Below, one piece after another: positions 26,393 to 37,695 of a DNA stretch of 64,000 nucleotides. How positions within the stretch are numbered: position 1 is the first letter of the stretch; each line of letters opens with the position of its first letter. The stretch lies in the NCBI GenBank assembly GCA_050259735.1, contig JBLNBE010000066.1:33060-97059 (forward strand). The letters are read 5' to 3'. Below the pieces are notes generated by a model. It worked only from the letters and a program-made list of their open reading frames with translations, had not been told where the DNA came from and did not search any database. The translations under genes and the position numbers were made by a program. Origin of the DNA: Bacteroidota bacterium. Lineage in GTDB: Bacteria > Pseudomonadota > Alphaproteobacteria > Rhodospirillales > Magnetospirillaceae.

Positions 26393-27037
26393 ATGGCATG
26401 GAACCGAGATAATCATGGCAGCCGCTCGCGCGATCGCGGTCGGCGGGACGACTTTGGCGGCGGCGACATGGGTGGGTACGAACCCCGCACGCCCGCCCGT
26501 ATGCCCACCAGCAGCTTTGACCGCCATCAGGTCACCCAGGCGAACGTGACCGCCACCGTGAAGTGGTTCAATGCCTCGAAGGGCTTCGGCTTCGTCGCCC
26601 CGTCCGATGGCACCCCGGACGCTTTCCTGCACATTTCGGCGCTCGAGCGCGCTGGCATGTCGCAGATCGCCGAAGGCGCCACCATCGTGTGCGACCTGGG
26701 CCAGGGCAACCGCGGCCCGCAGGTGGTCATGGTGCACGAGATCGACTCGTCCACCGCGACCCCGCGCGCCCCGCGCGCCGGCGGCATGGGCGGCGGCATG
26801 GGCGGCGGCGGTTACGACCGTGGCCCGAGCGAGACCGTCGAAGGCGTCGTCAAGTTTTTCTCGGCCGAGAAGGGCTTCGGCTTCGTTCAGACCGACGAGG
26901 GCGGCAAGGATGTGTTCGTGCACATCAAGGCGCTCGAGCGTTCCGGCATCAAGGCCCTGGAAAGCGGTCAGCGCGTTCGCGTGACCACCACCCAGGGTCA
27001 GAAGGGTCCGCAGGCCGACACCGTCGCCATCATCTAA
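26393..27037 (+). CDS. Cold-shock protein with two tandem CSD domains and Arg/Gly-rich N-terminus
   Basis: Two copies of the RNP motifs (VKWFNASKGFGFVAPSDG...DAFLHIS and VKFFSAEKGFGFVQTDEGGKDVFVHIK), separated by a GGMGGGMGGGG linker. Confidence 0.85.
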   Translation: MAWNRDNHGSRSRDRGRRDDFGGGDMGGYEPRTPARMPTSSFDRHQVTQANVTATVKWFNASKGFGFVAPSDGTPDAFLHISALERAGMSQIAEGATIVCDLGQGNRGPQVVMVHEIDSSTATPRAPRAGGMGGGMGGGGYDRGPSETVEGVVKFFSAEKGFGFVQTDEGGKDVFVHIKALERSGIKALESGQRVRVTTTQGQKGPQADTVAII

Positions 27038-27184
27038 GGCGACTGTCACCTGCCCTTCCGATCGCCACCCTGGCTTCGGCCGGGGTGGCTTTCAGGACTC
27101 AGAAAACGGGATCGGCTGCGGGCGGTCCCGTTTTTGTTTGGGGGCGGTGTGAGTTCGCGGGGGAGGCTTGCCAATCTTAAGGTC

Positions 27185-27275
27185 GTCACCCCGGCCAAGC
27201 GTAGCGCGAGCCGGGGTCCATGGTGGTGCACGTCGATGGATCCCGGCTCTCTGCTGCGCTGCGGCCGGGATGACG
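27185..27275. repeat. Two tandem REP hairpins of the CCCGGC/GCCGGG type
   Basis: CCCCGGC(27189-27195)...GCCGGGG(27210-27216) and ATCCCGGC(27240-27247)...GCCGGGAT(27264-27271). Confidence 0.65.
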
Positions 27276-27321
27276 CAGTTTCAAAGCCCGTCTCCCCGCA
27301 CTCCGCGCCATCCAGACAAAC

Positions 27322-27356
27322 AAAAGGCCCCAGAGGTTTCCCTCCGGGGCCTTTTT
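27322..27356. terminator. Bidirectional intrinsic terminator
   Basis: AAAAGGCCCCAGAGG-tttc-CCTCCGGGGCCTTTTT. 11-bp stem with one mismatch, an A-run on one side and a T-run on the other, 20 nt from the lipoprotein stop. Confidence 0.7.
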
Positions 27357-27375
27357 ATTCGGCGAACCGGTCGGC

Positions 27376-28464
27376 TTAGCGCACGAACACCTGAACCTCG
27401 CCGGTCTGGGCGGCGGGGCTGGTGGTCTGGCTGACGCGGATGCGGTTGGTGGGCAGGCCCATGTTGGTGAGCGAGCGCACCACCGACTCGGCGTTGCGGC
27501 GCACGGTGGTCGATCCCAGCGCCTGACCACCGGGGGTCGAGCTGGTCGGCGACACGGCGATGACGTCGAAAGCGGCGCTGGGACGGCGGTCCAGGGCGCC
27601 CTTGACGGCGGCGTACAGCGCGCCTTCGTAGTTCACATTCGGCTTGTCGAAGCGGATGGTCACCAGCGGTGAATCGGCGCTGACGGCCGAACGCGGCGCG
27701 GCCACCGGGGCGTCATAGGACGCCGGCGCGATCGAGGTGCCCGGGCGGGTGGCGAACGAACCACCGTAAAGCTGGCCGTTCTTGATGGCCAGCGCCAGGG
27801 TGTTGAGGTTGTTGCGCTCGTTGGCGACGTAGTTCTGCTGACGGTTGACGTCGTCGGACAGCTCGGTCAGCAGACGTTCGATCAGCACGGTGGTGCGATT
27901 GGTCTCGTCCTCGAGGATGCGCAGCTGGCGGTGATCCTCGTCCACGGCGCCGGACAACTGGCGGGCGGCGCGCACCGATTCCAGCAGATAGGCGGACAGC
28001 GCCGACGACGAGGTGACCTCGTTGGCCAGGCGCGTCATCTTAAGGACGTCTTCGTTGATGCGGTCCAGCTCGCCCTGGGCGGCGTTCCACTGCTGGTTCA
28101 GGATCGGGTTGCCGGGAGTGGTGCCGACCTGCAGGCGCGCGTTGATCGCGGCGACGGTGCCGTGATAGCGCTGCGAATCCTGGACAGTGTCGTTGCGGAT
28201 GGCCTGAAGCCCCTGGTTATGAAGGGCCAGCATGCTTTGCAGCTGCTGCAGGTCGCCGCGCAGGCTGCTGACCTTCTGACCCACATAGGTGCCGGTGGCG
28301 GCGCCGTTGGTCACGCCGGGCGGATCGAAGTTGGAGCTGCCCAGGGCCGGCGGAGAACCAGCCACGGTGCCGGACGCCGGGAACAGCGATTCCTCGGCGA
28401 ACGAACATCCGCCTGCCAGGAGAACCGCGCACAAGGCGACGGCATGGGTTTTCTTCAGGGCCAT
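27376..28464 (-). CDS. Lipoprotein with long coiled-coil region and OmpA-C-like-looking C-terminal module
   Basis: Lipobox LLAGGC. About 200 aa of heptad-like helices. C-terminus VTIRFDKPNVNYEGALYAAVKGAL...RRNAESVVRSLTNMGLPTNRIRVS...VQVFVR loosely follows the OmpA-C pattern. Confidence 0.7.
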   Translation of the reverse strand: MALKKTHAVALCAVLLAGGCSFAEESLFPASGTVAGSPPALGSSNFDPPGVTNGAATGTYVGQKVSSLRGDLQQLQSMLALHNQGLQAIRNDTVQDSQRYHGTVAAINARLQVGTTPGNPILNQQWNAAQGELDRINEDVLKMTRLANEVTSSSALSAYLLESVRAARQLSGAVDEDHRQLRILEDETNRTTVLIERLLTELSDDVNRQQNYVANERNNLNTLALAIKNGQLYGGSFATRPGTSIAPASYDAPVAAPRSAVSADSPLVTIRFDKPNVNYEGALYAAVKGALDRRPSAAFDVIAVSPTSSTPGGQALGSTTVRRNAESVVRSLTNMGLPTNRIRVSQTTSPAAQTGEVQVFVR

Positions 28465-28668
28465 TGGGACTGCTTACCTTTTAGTTCGCCAATTGGGATG
28501 AAACCCGCCGGGTCAGCAAAAACCTGATTTGTGTGGGAAAAAACGCTTGCCCCCCGCAATCGTCGGGGATTTTACGCAAACCGGCAGGGTGCCACAAGCC
28601 GGATTTGCATTGTCATGCAACGGAAGTCCTGCGGAATCCACCCTATTTGCAGGGTGCAAAATAAATGC

Positions 28669-28697
28669 TTGCACCCCCTAACGGCCTTGTGTATGGT
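28669..28697 (+). promoter_or_regulatory. Sigma-70-like promoter for tRNA-Arg (TTGCAC-N17-TATGGT) with A/T-rich upstream stretch
   Basis: TTGCAC at 28669-28674, a 17-nt spacer, TATGGT at 28692-28697, preceded by AAAATAAATG. It lies 38 nt upstream of the mature tRNA 5-prime end. Confidence 0.4.
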
Positions 28698-28734
28698 CCG
28701 CACCCTCGCTGGACGGCAACGGCCGGTGAGAAAA

Positions 28735-28811
28735 GCGCCCGTAGCTCAATTGGATAGAGCACCAGACTACGAATCTGGGGGCTGGAGGTTCGAGTCCTTC
28801 CGGGCGCGCCA
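28735..28811 (+). tRNA. tRNA-Arg (anticodon ACG), CCA encoded
   Basis: Acceptor stem GCGCCCG/CGGGCGC. D-arm TAGCTCAATTGGATAGAGC. Anticodon stem-loop CCAGA-CTACGAA-TCTGG. T-arm GGAGGTTCGAGTCCTTC. Discriminator G, then CCA. Confidence 0.95.
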
Positions 28812-28841
28812 TTCTCTTCTAGAGAATTTCTGATTTACGAC

Positions 28842-28876
28842 AGCCCCGCCACTCCGGCGGGGCTTCGTCGTTTTCG
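28842..28876 (+). terminator. Intrinsic terminator after tRNA-Arg
   Basis: AGCCCCGCC-actcc-GGCGGGGCT (9-bp perfect stem) followed by TCGTCGTTTTC. Confidence 0.7.
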
Positions 28877-28970
28877 GGCCAGGGCAACCGGTCCCATTCG
28901 CCATGTATTGGTTTCCGCCCTCCGGACGCGCGTGGTAAATAAGGCACGACCGACTCCGTCGGGGGGGATC

Positions 28971-31196
<2,226 letters not shown>

Positions 31197-31255
31197 GGCC
31201 TTGCGAATCATGAGTTTCCGGGGCCTAATACGGCCAGGATTGCCGCGAGGGGGCG

Positions 31256-31822
31256 ATGGCAGAGGTCATTGGCGATTTCATTGTGGGGCGGGACCAGGCG
31301 CAGGAAGGTCTGGAACTGACGTTCTCGCCCAGTTCGGTTCCGCTGAAGCTGCGTTGGCGCAATAACGGGCTGTCGGCCGATTTCCTGGCCGATTACGTCA
31401 CCACCTTCTTTCCGCGGAACGAGGACGATCCCGCCAGCCTGGCGCGCCAGGAAGACATTCGCGGGGCGGTGAACTACATCGCCAACGAACTGCTTGAAAA
31501 CGCCATGAAGTACAGCGAGGAGCATCTCGCCCATCCCACCACCATCCGGCTGGTGCTGGCGCAAGATGCCATCCTGTTCACCGGCGCCAACGCCACCAGC
31601 GGCGAACGGGGCCGCAGCTTCCGCGACTTCGTGCGCGAGCTGGCCGCGTCCGATCCCAACGAAATGTACGTGCGCCAGTTGGAGCGCTCGGCGGAAACCG
31701 GCGGCTCCGGCCTGGGGCTGCTGACCATGGTCAACGATTACGGCGCGCATCTGGCCTGGCAGTTCGAGGAACTGGCCGATGGCGGGATGCGGGTAACTAC
31801 CCAAGTGCGCCTGGAAATATAG
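31256..31822 (+). CDS. Anti-sigma-type Ser/Thr kinase-like ATPase (RsbW/SiaB-like; slr1658-type regulator)
   Basis: 188 aa carrying only the Bergerat-fold motifs ANELLENAMKYS and ETGGSGLGLLTMVNDYG. No HisKA domain. Confidence 0.65.
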   Translation: MAEVIGDFIVGRDQAQEGLELTFSPSSVPLKLRWRNNGLSADFLADYVTTFFPRNEDDPASLARQEDIRGAVNYIANELLENAMKYSEEHLAHPTTIRLVLAQDAILFTGANATSGERGRSFRDFVRELAASDPNEMYVRQLERSAETGGSGLGLLTMVNDYGAHLAWQFEELADGGMRVTTQVRLEI

Positions 31823-31835
31823 CAGGGACTCCAGA

Positions 31836-32180
31836 ATGGAAACCGTGATCGCCGGCGAAAGCTATTCCTTGGACTGGGATTCCGAGACGCGCACCGCCGC
31901 ACTCAAGGGCATCCTGCGCCTCAACGGCCTCGAGGAATACGCCCCCATCTCCCGCTTTCTGCTGGCGGCGGTGCCGCAGGGGTCGATGACGCTCGACCTT
32001 CGGGGGCTGGAATTCCTCAACAGCTCGGGGATCGCCACCCTGTCCAAGTTCGTCATCGAAATTCGCAACCGCAAGACGGTCGACCTGACCGTGCTGGGGT
32101 CCAAGGCGGTGGCGTGGCAAAGCAAGTCGCTGGTCAATCTCAGCAAGCTGATGCCGGCGCTGCGCATGGATTTCATCTGA
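31836..32180 (+). CDS. STAS/DUF1987-like partner-switching protein (RsbV/SiaC-like; slr1659-type regulator)
   Basis: 114 aa. LDLRGLEFLNSSGIATLSKFV matches the STAS phospho-serine loop context. Begins 13 nt after the kinase-like gene. Confidence 0.6.
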   Translation: METVIAGESYSLDWDSETRTAALKGILRLNGLEEYAPISRFLLAAVPQGSMTLDLRGLEFLNSSGIATLSKFVIEIRNRKTVDLTVLGSKAVAWQSKSLVNLSKLMPALRMDFI

Positions 32181-32199
32181 TCCGCGCCGGGGGGCAGGG

Positions 32200-33714
32200 G
32201 TGAACGCAGCGACGCCGTGGGGCATTACCGCCAAGCAGGCAATGGCCACCGTCGCCGTCGTGCTGGTGCTCAGCATCGCCGGCAGTCTGGTGGAGCTGTA
32301 TTTCGACTGGCACGCCACCCGCGACCAACTGCGCGGCCAGGTGACGCAGATCCTCGACACCGTCAACGGCTCGGCGGTCGAGGCGGCCTATCAGCTCAGC
32401 CCCGACCTGGCGGTGCGGGTGGTCGACGGCCTGCTTGGCTATGACATCGTCGCCGCCGCCCGCCTGCACGACAATTTCGGCGACACCCTGGCCCAGCGCC
32501 AGCGCTATGCTGCTCCCGACGAGGAAAGCCGCATCGCCCGCCTGCTGTTCGGCGACATGGCCGAGTTCCAGCGCGCCCTGGTGCGCCCGCGCCCCGGTGG
32601 CGGCGTCGCCGTCGGCGGCCTTGGCGTCACCTTGTCGGTCCAGGGCATGGCCAGCGGCTTCTACGACCGCGTGCTGATCAATCTGGCCCTCGGCCTGGCG
32701 CGCTCGCTCGGCATCGTCGCGCTGGTGGTGGGCATCTTCTACGCCATGATTACCCGGCCGCTGGTGCGGTTGTCCCAGGTGGTGGCGCGCATCGATCCCA
32801 ACCAGCCCGGCGCGCTGCTGATGCCAGCCCTGCGCGGCCACGCTGCCGACGAATTGGGCCAACTGGTCAATTCCCTCAACGCCATGCTGGTGGCGGCGCA
32901 ACAAGGTCTCGACCAACGTGACCAGGCCCAGGCCGAGAACCTGCGGCTGGGTACCGAACTGGAGGTGTCGCGCCGCATCCAGCAGATGGTGCTGCCCACC
33001 CTGGGCGAGCTGGAACAGATTCGCGGCCTCGACGTCGCCGCCTATATGGAGCCGGCCACCGAGGTCGGCGGCGATTACTACGACATCCTGCAGGGCGAGA
33101 ACGGCCAGGTTCGCATCGGTATCGGCGACGTCACCGGCCACGGCCTGGAAAGCGGCGTGGTCATGCTGATGACCCAAAGCGCCGTGCGCACCCTGGTCAC
33201 CAGCGCCGAACCCGATGCCGTACGGGTGTTGGACATCCTCAACCGCACCATCTACCACAACACCCAGCGCATGGGCTGCGACAAGAACCTGACCCTGGCG
33301 CTGCTGGACTACCGCCCCACCGGGGCAGAGGACGGCAGCGCCGGCCACCTGCGCATCAGCGGCCAGCACGAATCGGTGATCGTGGTGCGGCGCGACGGCA
33401 CGGTGGAATTGGTGGACACCGTCGATCTCGGCATGCCGCTGGGCCTGATCGACGATATCGGCTCGTTCGTCGCCGAAGCCGACATCGCCCTGCGCCCAGG
33501 CGACACCGTGGTGCTGTACACCGACGGCATCACCGAAGCGGCCGACGACCGCCACAACCTTTATGGCTTGGACCGGCTGTGCGACGTGGTGCGCCACCAT
33601 GCCGGCGATGGCGCCGCCCTCATCAAGGATGCGGTGATCGCCGACGTCAAACGCCATGTGGGCGCCCAGGCGCTGTACGACGACCTCACCCTGATCGTGC
33701 TGAAGCAGCTTTAA
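32200..33714 (+). CDS. Membrane HAMP-PP2C (SpoIIE/RsbU/SiaA-like) protein serine phosphatase
   Basis: GTG start at 32200 (alternative ATG at 32242). Two TM segments around a ~150-aa periplasmic region. HAMP, then PP2C motifs EVGGDYYD, GIGDVTGHGLESG, LYTDGITEA and DDLTLIV. Confidence 0.85.
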   Translation: MNAATPWGITAKQAMATVAVVLVLSIAGSLVELYFDWHATRDQLRGQVTQILDTVNGSAVEAAYQLSPDLAVRVVDGLLGYDIVAAARLHDNFGDTLAQRQRYAAPDEESRIARLLFGDMAEFQRALVRPRPGGGVAVGGLGVTLSVQGMASGFYDRVLINLALGLARSLGIVALVVGIFYAMITRPLVRLSQVVARIDPNQPGALLMPALRGHAADELGQLVNSLNAMLVAAQQGLDQRDQAQAENLRLGTELEVSRRIQQMVLPTLGELEQIRGLDVAAYMEPATEVGGDYYDILQGENGQVRIGIGDVTGHGLESGVVMLMTQSAVRTLVTSAEPDAVRVLDILNRTIYHNTQRMGCDKNLTLALLDYRPTGAEDGSAGHLRISGQHESVIVVRRDGTVELVDTVDLGMPLGLIDDIGSFVAEADIALRPGDTVVLYTDGITEAADDRHNLYGLDRLCDVVRHHAGDGAALIKDAVIADVKRHVGAQALYDDLTLIVLKQL

Positions 33715-33764
33715 CGGCGGCGGAAAAGCCCATTCCCGGCGTGCGACGCACGGGCTTCAAATTC

Positions 33765-33865
33765 ACCACAGAGACACAGAGGCACAGAGAGGCTCTGCCA
33801 GACGGGACGCTCATGCGCCTCGTTTGGCTCCGACACCTCTGTGCCTCTGTGTCTCTGTGGTTCTC
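33765..33865. repeat. MITE/REP-like element with perfect 25-bp terminal inverted repeats (copy 1)
   Basis: ACCACAGAGACACAGAGGCACAGAG (33765-33789) and its exact reverse complement at 33837-33861, with a 47-nt spacer. The 29-mer CTCTGTGCCTCTGTGTCTCTGTGGTTCTC recurs identically at 47613-47641. Confidence 0.85.
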
Positions 33866-33876
33866 ATTCCGTGTCC

Positions 33877-34335
33877 TCACGACGCCTGGATGCCGTCGAG
33901 CTTTTGCGTCGCCGCGCGGCGGCGGGCTTCGGCGGCGACTTCCTTGGCGACGATGGTCTTGCCGACCGGGAACAGCGCCAGATTGGCGAGCTTGAGGTGG
34001 CCGACGGCCAGCGGGATGCCGATGATGGTGACCGCGCAAGCGATGGCGGCGGTCACATGGCCAAGCGCCAGCCAGATGCCGGCCACGACAAACCAGATCA
34101 CGTTGCCGACCAGTCCCAGCGTGCCGGTGCCCAGGTCGTCCTTGCCGGTCAGCACCTTGCGGCTGATGGCGTCCTTGCCGAACGGCCACAGCGAATACAG
34201 CGCGATGTTCAGGCAGGCGCGCGCCCACGGCAGGCCAATGATGGTCAGCGCCATCAGCAGCGCCGCCAGCAACCACGCCGCCGCCATGACCAGACCGCCG
34301 AACACCACCCAGATTACATTGAGAATCAGCGACAC
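33877..34335 (-). CDS. yccF: YccF-family inner-membrane protein (two DUF307 repeats)
   Basis: No in-frame ATG at the family N-terminus. GTG at 34335, preceded by GAGGG, gives VSLILNVIWVVFGG...IIGLPWARACLNIALYSLWPFGK...IIGIPLAVGHLKLANLALFPVGK, collinear with E. coli YccF as I recall it. Confidence 0.8.
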   Translation of the reverse strand: MSLILNVIWVVFGGLVMAAAWLLAALLMALTIIGLPWARACLNIALYSLWPFGKDAISRKVLTGKDDLGTGTLGLVGNVIWFVVAGIWLALGHVTAAIACAVTIIGIPLAVGHLKLANLALFPVGKTIVAKEVAAEARRRAATQKLDGIQAS

Positions 34336-34397
34336 CGTCTTACCCTCGGGGTTGTTTGCGGTGCAAAGGTAGTGCCGCGGTCCCCCTTGGGCAAGGA

Positions 34398-36884
34398 TCA
34401 GCCGGCCGCCGCCGGTTCGGGCCGGGGCTGCGCCAGCGTGTCCGGCAGGGTGAAGATGAAGGTGGAGCCGGCGCCCGGCCCGGCGGATTCCACCCAGATG
34501 CGGCCTTCGTGGCGCTGGACGATGCGGCGGCACAGCGCCAGGCCGACGCCGCTGCCTTCGTAGCGATTGTTGGCGTGCAGGCGCTGGAACACCTTGAACA
34601 GGCGGCCGATGTGGTCGGCGGCGATGCCGATGCCGTTATCGGCAAAGGCGAAGCGCCATACCGCGCCGTCCCGTCGGGCGGATACCTGGATTACCGGGGT
34701 GACGCTGTCGGCATGGTACTTCAGCGCGTTGCCCAGCAGGTTCTGGAACAGACGCTCCATCTCGTCCGGGCTGGCGTACAATTCGGGCCAGTCGCCGCTG
34801 ACCTCGACCTGGGCGCCGGTCTGCTGGATGACCGGCGACAGGAACAGCAGCGCCTCGTCGAACACGCGGCGGGTGTTGATCCATTCCATCGGCAGGCCGC
34901 GGCGGCCGACGCGGGAATATTCCAGCAGCGCCACCAGCATGCGGTCCATACGCTTGGCGCCGTCGACGGCGAAGCCGACGAATTCCTTGATCTCGTCGGT
35001 GACGGCGTCGCCCAGGCGGCGTTCCAGCAACTGGATATAGCTGGCGACCATGCGCAGCGGTTCGCGCAGGTCGTGCGACACCGCATAGGCGAATTGCTCC
35101 AGTTCGGCGTTCGAGCGGCTCAGCTCGTCCTCGAATTCCTTGCGGTGGGTAATGTCGAGGAACGACGACACCACCGCGACCGGCGCCTGTTCGCCGGGCG
35201 CGCGCAACGGCGCGCTGTTGATCTCGATCCAGGTCAGGGCGCCGTCCGAGCGGCGCAGGCCCATGACCACGTTGTCCAGCCGCTCGCCGGTGCGCAAGGT
35301 CACCATGGCCGGGCGTTCTTCCACCCTCAGCTCGGATCCGTCCACATGGATGGCCTGCCAGCCGGATTCGGCCGCATTGGGTCCCAGCAGCACGGGCTTG
35401 GCCGAACCGAGGATGCGGTCGGCTGCCGGATTGCAGGTGATGGTGGCGCCGTCGCGACCTTGCAGGACGATGCCTTCCATCAGCGAGTCGATGACCGTGC
35501 GGTAGCGTTCCTCGCTGGATTTGAGCGCCTGTTCGGCCTGACGCTGCGAGGTGGTGTCGGTCACCGTCAGGATGGCGGCATAGGGCTTGCCCGAGGAATC
35601 CAGCAGCGGCCGGGCGTTGATGTTGAGCCACCGCACGGTGCGGCCGGCGGCGCGGATGCCGACGGTGACGTTGTCCTGGGGTTGGCCGGTGCGGGCGCAG
35701 ATGACGCTGGGATAGCGCTCGAGCGGTAGCGGCTGGCCGTCGGCATCGAGCACGTTCCAATCCAGCGTGCCGGGGGCGCGCCGCATCCGTTCGGAATCAT
35801 AGGGAATGATGCGGGCGAAGCTGTCGTTGTGGAAGGTGATCTCGCCCGATGGCGACACCACCGCCAGACCCTCGGCCATGACCGACAGGGTGACGCGCTG
35901 CAGGTATTCCTTTTCCCGTACCGCCCGCGACGTGCGGTCCGAACGGCGGCTGATGGTGGCGATCACCAGCAGGGCCAAGACCAGCACCGCCGTGGCGGCA
36001 GCGCCGCGCCGCAGACTCTGGTTGTTGATCTCGCGGGTGGCGGCCAGCGCCGCCTCGACGCCGATGCCGCTGGCCATCACCTGGCCGGTGCTCAGGCGCT
36101 TCCAGGCATAGATGCGCATGACGCCGTCGCGGGTGCCCGGCTCCACATAGCTGCCGCTATCCGCGCCGGGATGCAGGAAAGGGCGGTCGGCGGCGACCAT
36201 GCGGCCATAGGATTGCTGGGTGTCCCGCGTGCGCATCAGATAGACGCCGTCGGCGCTCAGCAAGGTCAGTACGTCGGCCGGATCGGCCTCGAACCGGCTC
36301 AGGCGCTCGATCCAGCGGTCGGGATTGACCGCCATGGCGACCACGCCGGCGAACTTGCCGTTCACCGTCACCGCCTTGGCGACCTGCAGGCTCCATTGCT
36401 TGGTAAGGCGGCCCAGCACCGGCGGGTTGACCACCAGCGGCAGCGATGGGTCGGCGGCCAGGACCTTGAAATAGGCGCGGTCGCCCAGATAGTTGCGCGG
36501 CGCCCCCCCCAGCGAGGTATAGGCCAGGTAGCCGTCGGCATCGACGCGGAACAGTTGGTAGACCAGTTCGTCGGCCCCGGCCGAGGCGGCATCGCCGTAC
36601 AGCTTGAGCGCGTCCGACCCCTGGGCGGCGGCGACGGCGGCGGTGGTCAGGGTGATGCGGAACCGGGTCAGCGTGGTTTCCACCGCCTCGGCGGCGGCGT
36701 CCACGGTAAAGACGGCGCGGCGGTGGGCGGCTTCGAAAGCGTGCGCTTCGTTGACGCGGATCTCGCGCAGCAGGTTCAGCCAATAAAGGCCGATAAAGAT
36801 CGCGACCACCACCACGATCGCGACGCGCGTACGGTCGCCGCCAAAACCAGACCACCGAGGTCGTACCGTGACCTTTTCGTCCAT
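34398..36884 (-). CDS. Sensor histidine kinase (TM, Cache-like periplasmic domain, multiple PAS, HisKA, HATPase_c)
   Basis: Start at ATG 36884 (or 36923). H-box FAYAVSHDLREPLRM. N-box LLGNALKY. G-boxes DNGIGI and GSGVGLALCRRIVQRHEGRIWVES. Confidence 0.85.
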   Translation of the reverse strand: MDEKVTVRPRWSGFGGDRTRVAIVVVVAIFIGLYWLNLLREIRVNEAHAFEAAHRRAVFTVDAAAEAVETTLTRFRITLTTAAVAAAQGSDALKLYGDAASAGADELVYQLFRVDADGYLAYTSLGGAPRNYLGDRAYFKVLAADPSLPLVVNPPVLGRLTKQWSLQVAKAVTVNGKFAGVVAMAVNPDRWIERLSRFEADPADVLTLLSADGVYLMRTRDTQQSYGRMVAADRPFLHPGADSGSYVEPGTRDGVMRIYAWKRLSTGQVMASGIGVEAALAATREINNQSLRRGAAATAVLVLALLVIATISRRSDRTSRAVREKEYLQRVTLSVMAEGLAVVSPSGEITFHNDSFARIIPYDSERMRRAPGTLDWNVLDADGQPLPLERYPSVICARTGQPQDNVTVGIRAAGRTVRWLNINARPLLDSSGKPYAAILTVTDTTSQRQAEQALKSSEERYRTVIDSLMEGIVLQGRDGATITCNPAADRILGSAKPVLLGPNAAESGWQAIHVDGSELRVEERPAMVTLRTGERLDNVVMGLRRSDGALTWIEINSAPLRAPGEQAPVAVVSSFLDITHRKEFEDELSRSNAELEQFAYAVSHDLREPLRMVASYIQLLERRLGDAVTDEIKEFVGFAVDGAKRMDRMLVALLEYSRVGRRGLPMEWINTRRVFDEALLFLSPVIQQTGAQVEVSGDWPELYASPDEMERLFQNLLGNALKYHADSVTPVIQVSARRDGAVWRFAFADNGIGIAADHIGRLFKVFQRLHANNRYEGSGVGLALCRRIVQRHEGRIWVESAGPGAGSTFIFTLPDTLAQPRPEPAAAG

Positions 36885-37011
36885 GGACCCACCCAAAACA
36901 GCGAGACCCCCCACAGCCCCCATCTACCCACGGGGCAAATCCTAGCACGGTTATGTATACCGGCCCACGTCCATTGCGTACAAGCTGAGGATGTAAATCC
37001 TGCGATGCGGA

Positions 37012-37563
37012 TCAGCGCACCAGCCGATAGCCGCCGGCCTCGGTGATCAGCAGGGCGGCGTGGGCGGGATCGGCCTCGATCTTGCGGCGCAGGCGGTAGA
37101 TGTGGGTTTCCAGGGTGTGGGTGGTCACCGCCGCCGAATAGCCCCAGACCTGGGCCAGCAGGGCCTCGCGCCCGACCACGCCGCCGTCGTGGTGCAGATG
37201 TTCCAGGATGGCGGCTTCCTTGTCGGTCAGCCGCACCTTGCGGCCGTCGGCATCCTCCAGCATGCGGCCGACCGGGTCCAGGCGCCACGGGCCGATCGCC
37301 ACCGGCGCCGCCGGTTGCAGGCGCAACGCCTCGTCCACCCGCGCCAACAGCACGCCCAGCCGCACCGGCTTGGTCAGCGCCAGCACCGGCACGCCGCCGC
37401 CGTCGCCCACCAGCGCCGGATCGGCGACGATCAGGTCGAAGGCGCCGTCCGTCGGCGCGGTCCCGGCCACGGTCACCCGATGGCCGGCGGCTTCCAGCAT
37501 TTCGGCCAGGGTTTGCCGGACCAACGGATCGTCGTCGAGCAGAAGGATGTGGTGTTGGGAAAT
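37012..37563 (-). CDS. OmpR/PhoB-type winged-helix response regulator with shortened receiver; start codon uncertain
   Basis: HHILLLDDDPLVRQTL...FDLIVAD...VLALTKP, then the wHTH IGPWRLDPVGRML...LTDKEAAILEHL...THTLETHIYRLRRKI. There is no in-frame ATG/GTG/TTG near the family N-terminus. ATT 37563 after GGGGG is used as a provisional start. Confidence 0.65.
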   Translation of the reverse strand: MSQHHILLLDDDPLVRQTLAEMLEAAGHRVTVAGTAPTDGAFDLIVADPALVGDGGGVPVLALTKPVRLGVLLARVDEALRLQPAAPVAIGPWRLDPVGRMLEDADGRKVRLTDKEAAILEHLHHDGGVVGREALLAQVWGYSAAVTTHTLETHIYRLRRKIEADPAHAALLITEAGGYRLVR

Positions 37564-37695
37564 GGTCGCCCCCGTCGCGCAATTCGCGTGGACTTGCCCA
37601 CATATATACGGAACCTGGGCATAGCGGAACCCACGCCCTTTTTCCGGGCGGCGAAAACCGCTATGGTGCCGCCCTTGAATCGCACGAGAGCCAAG

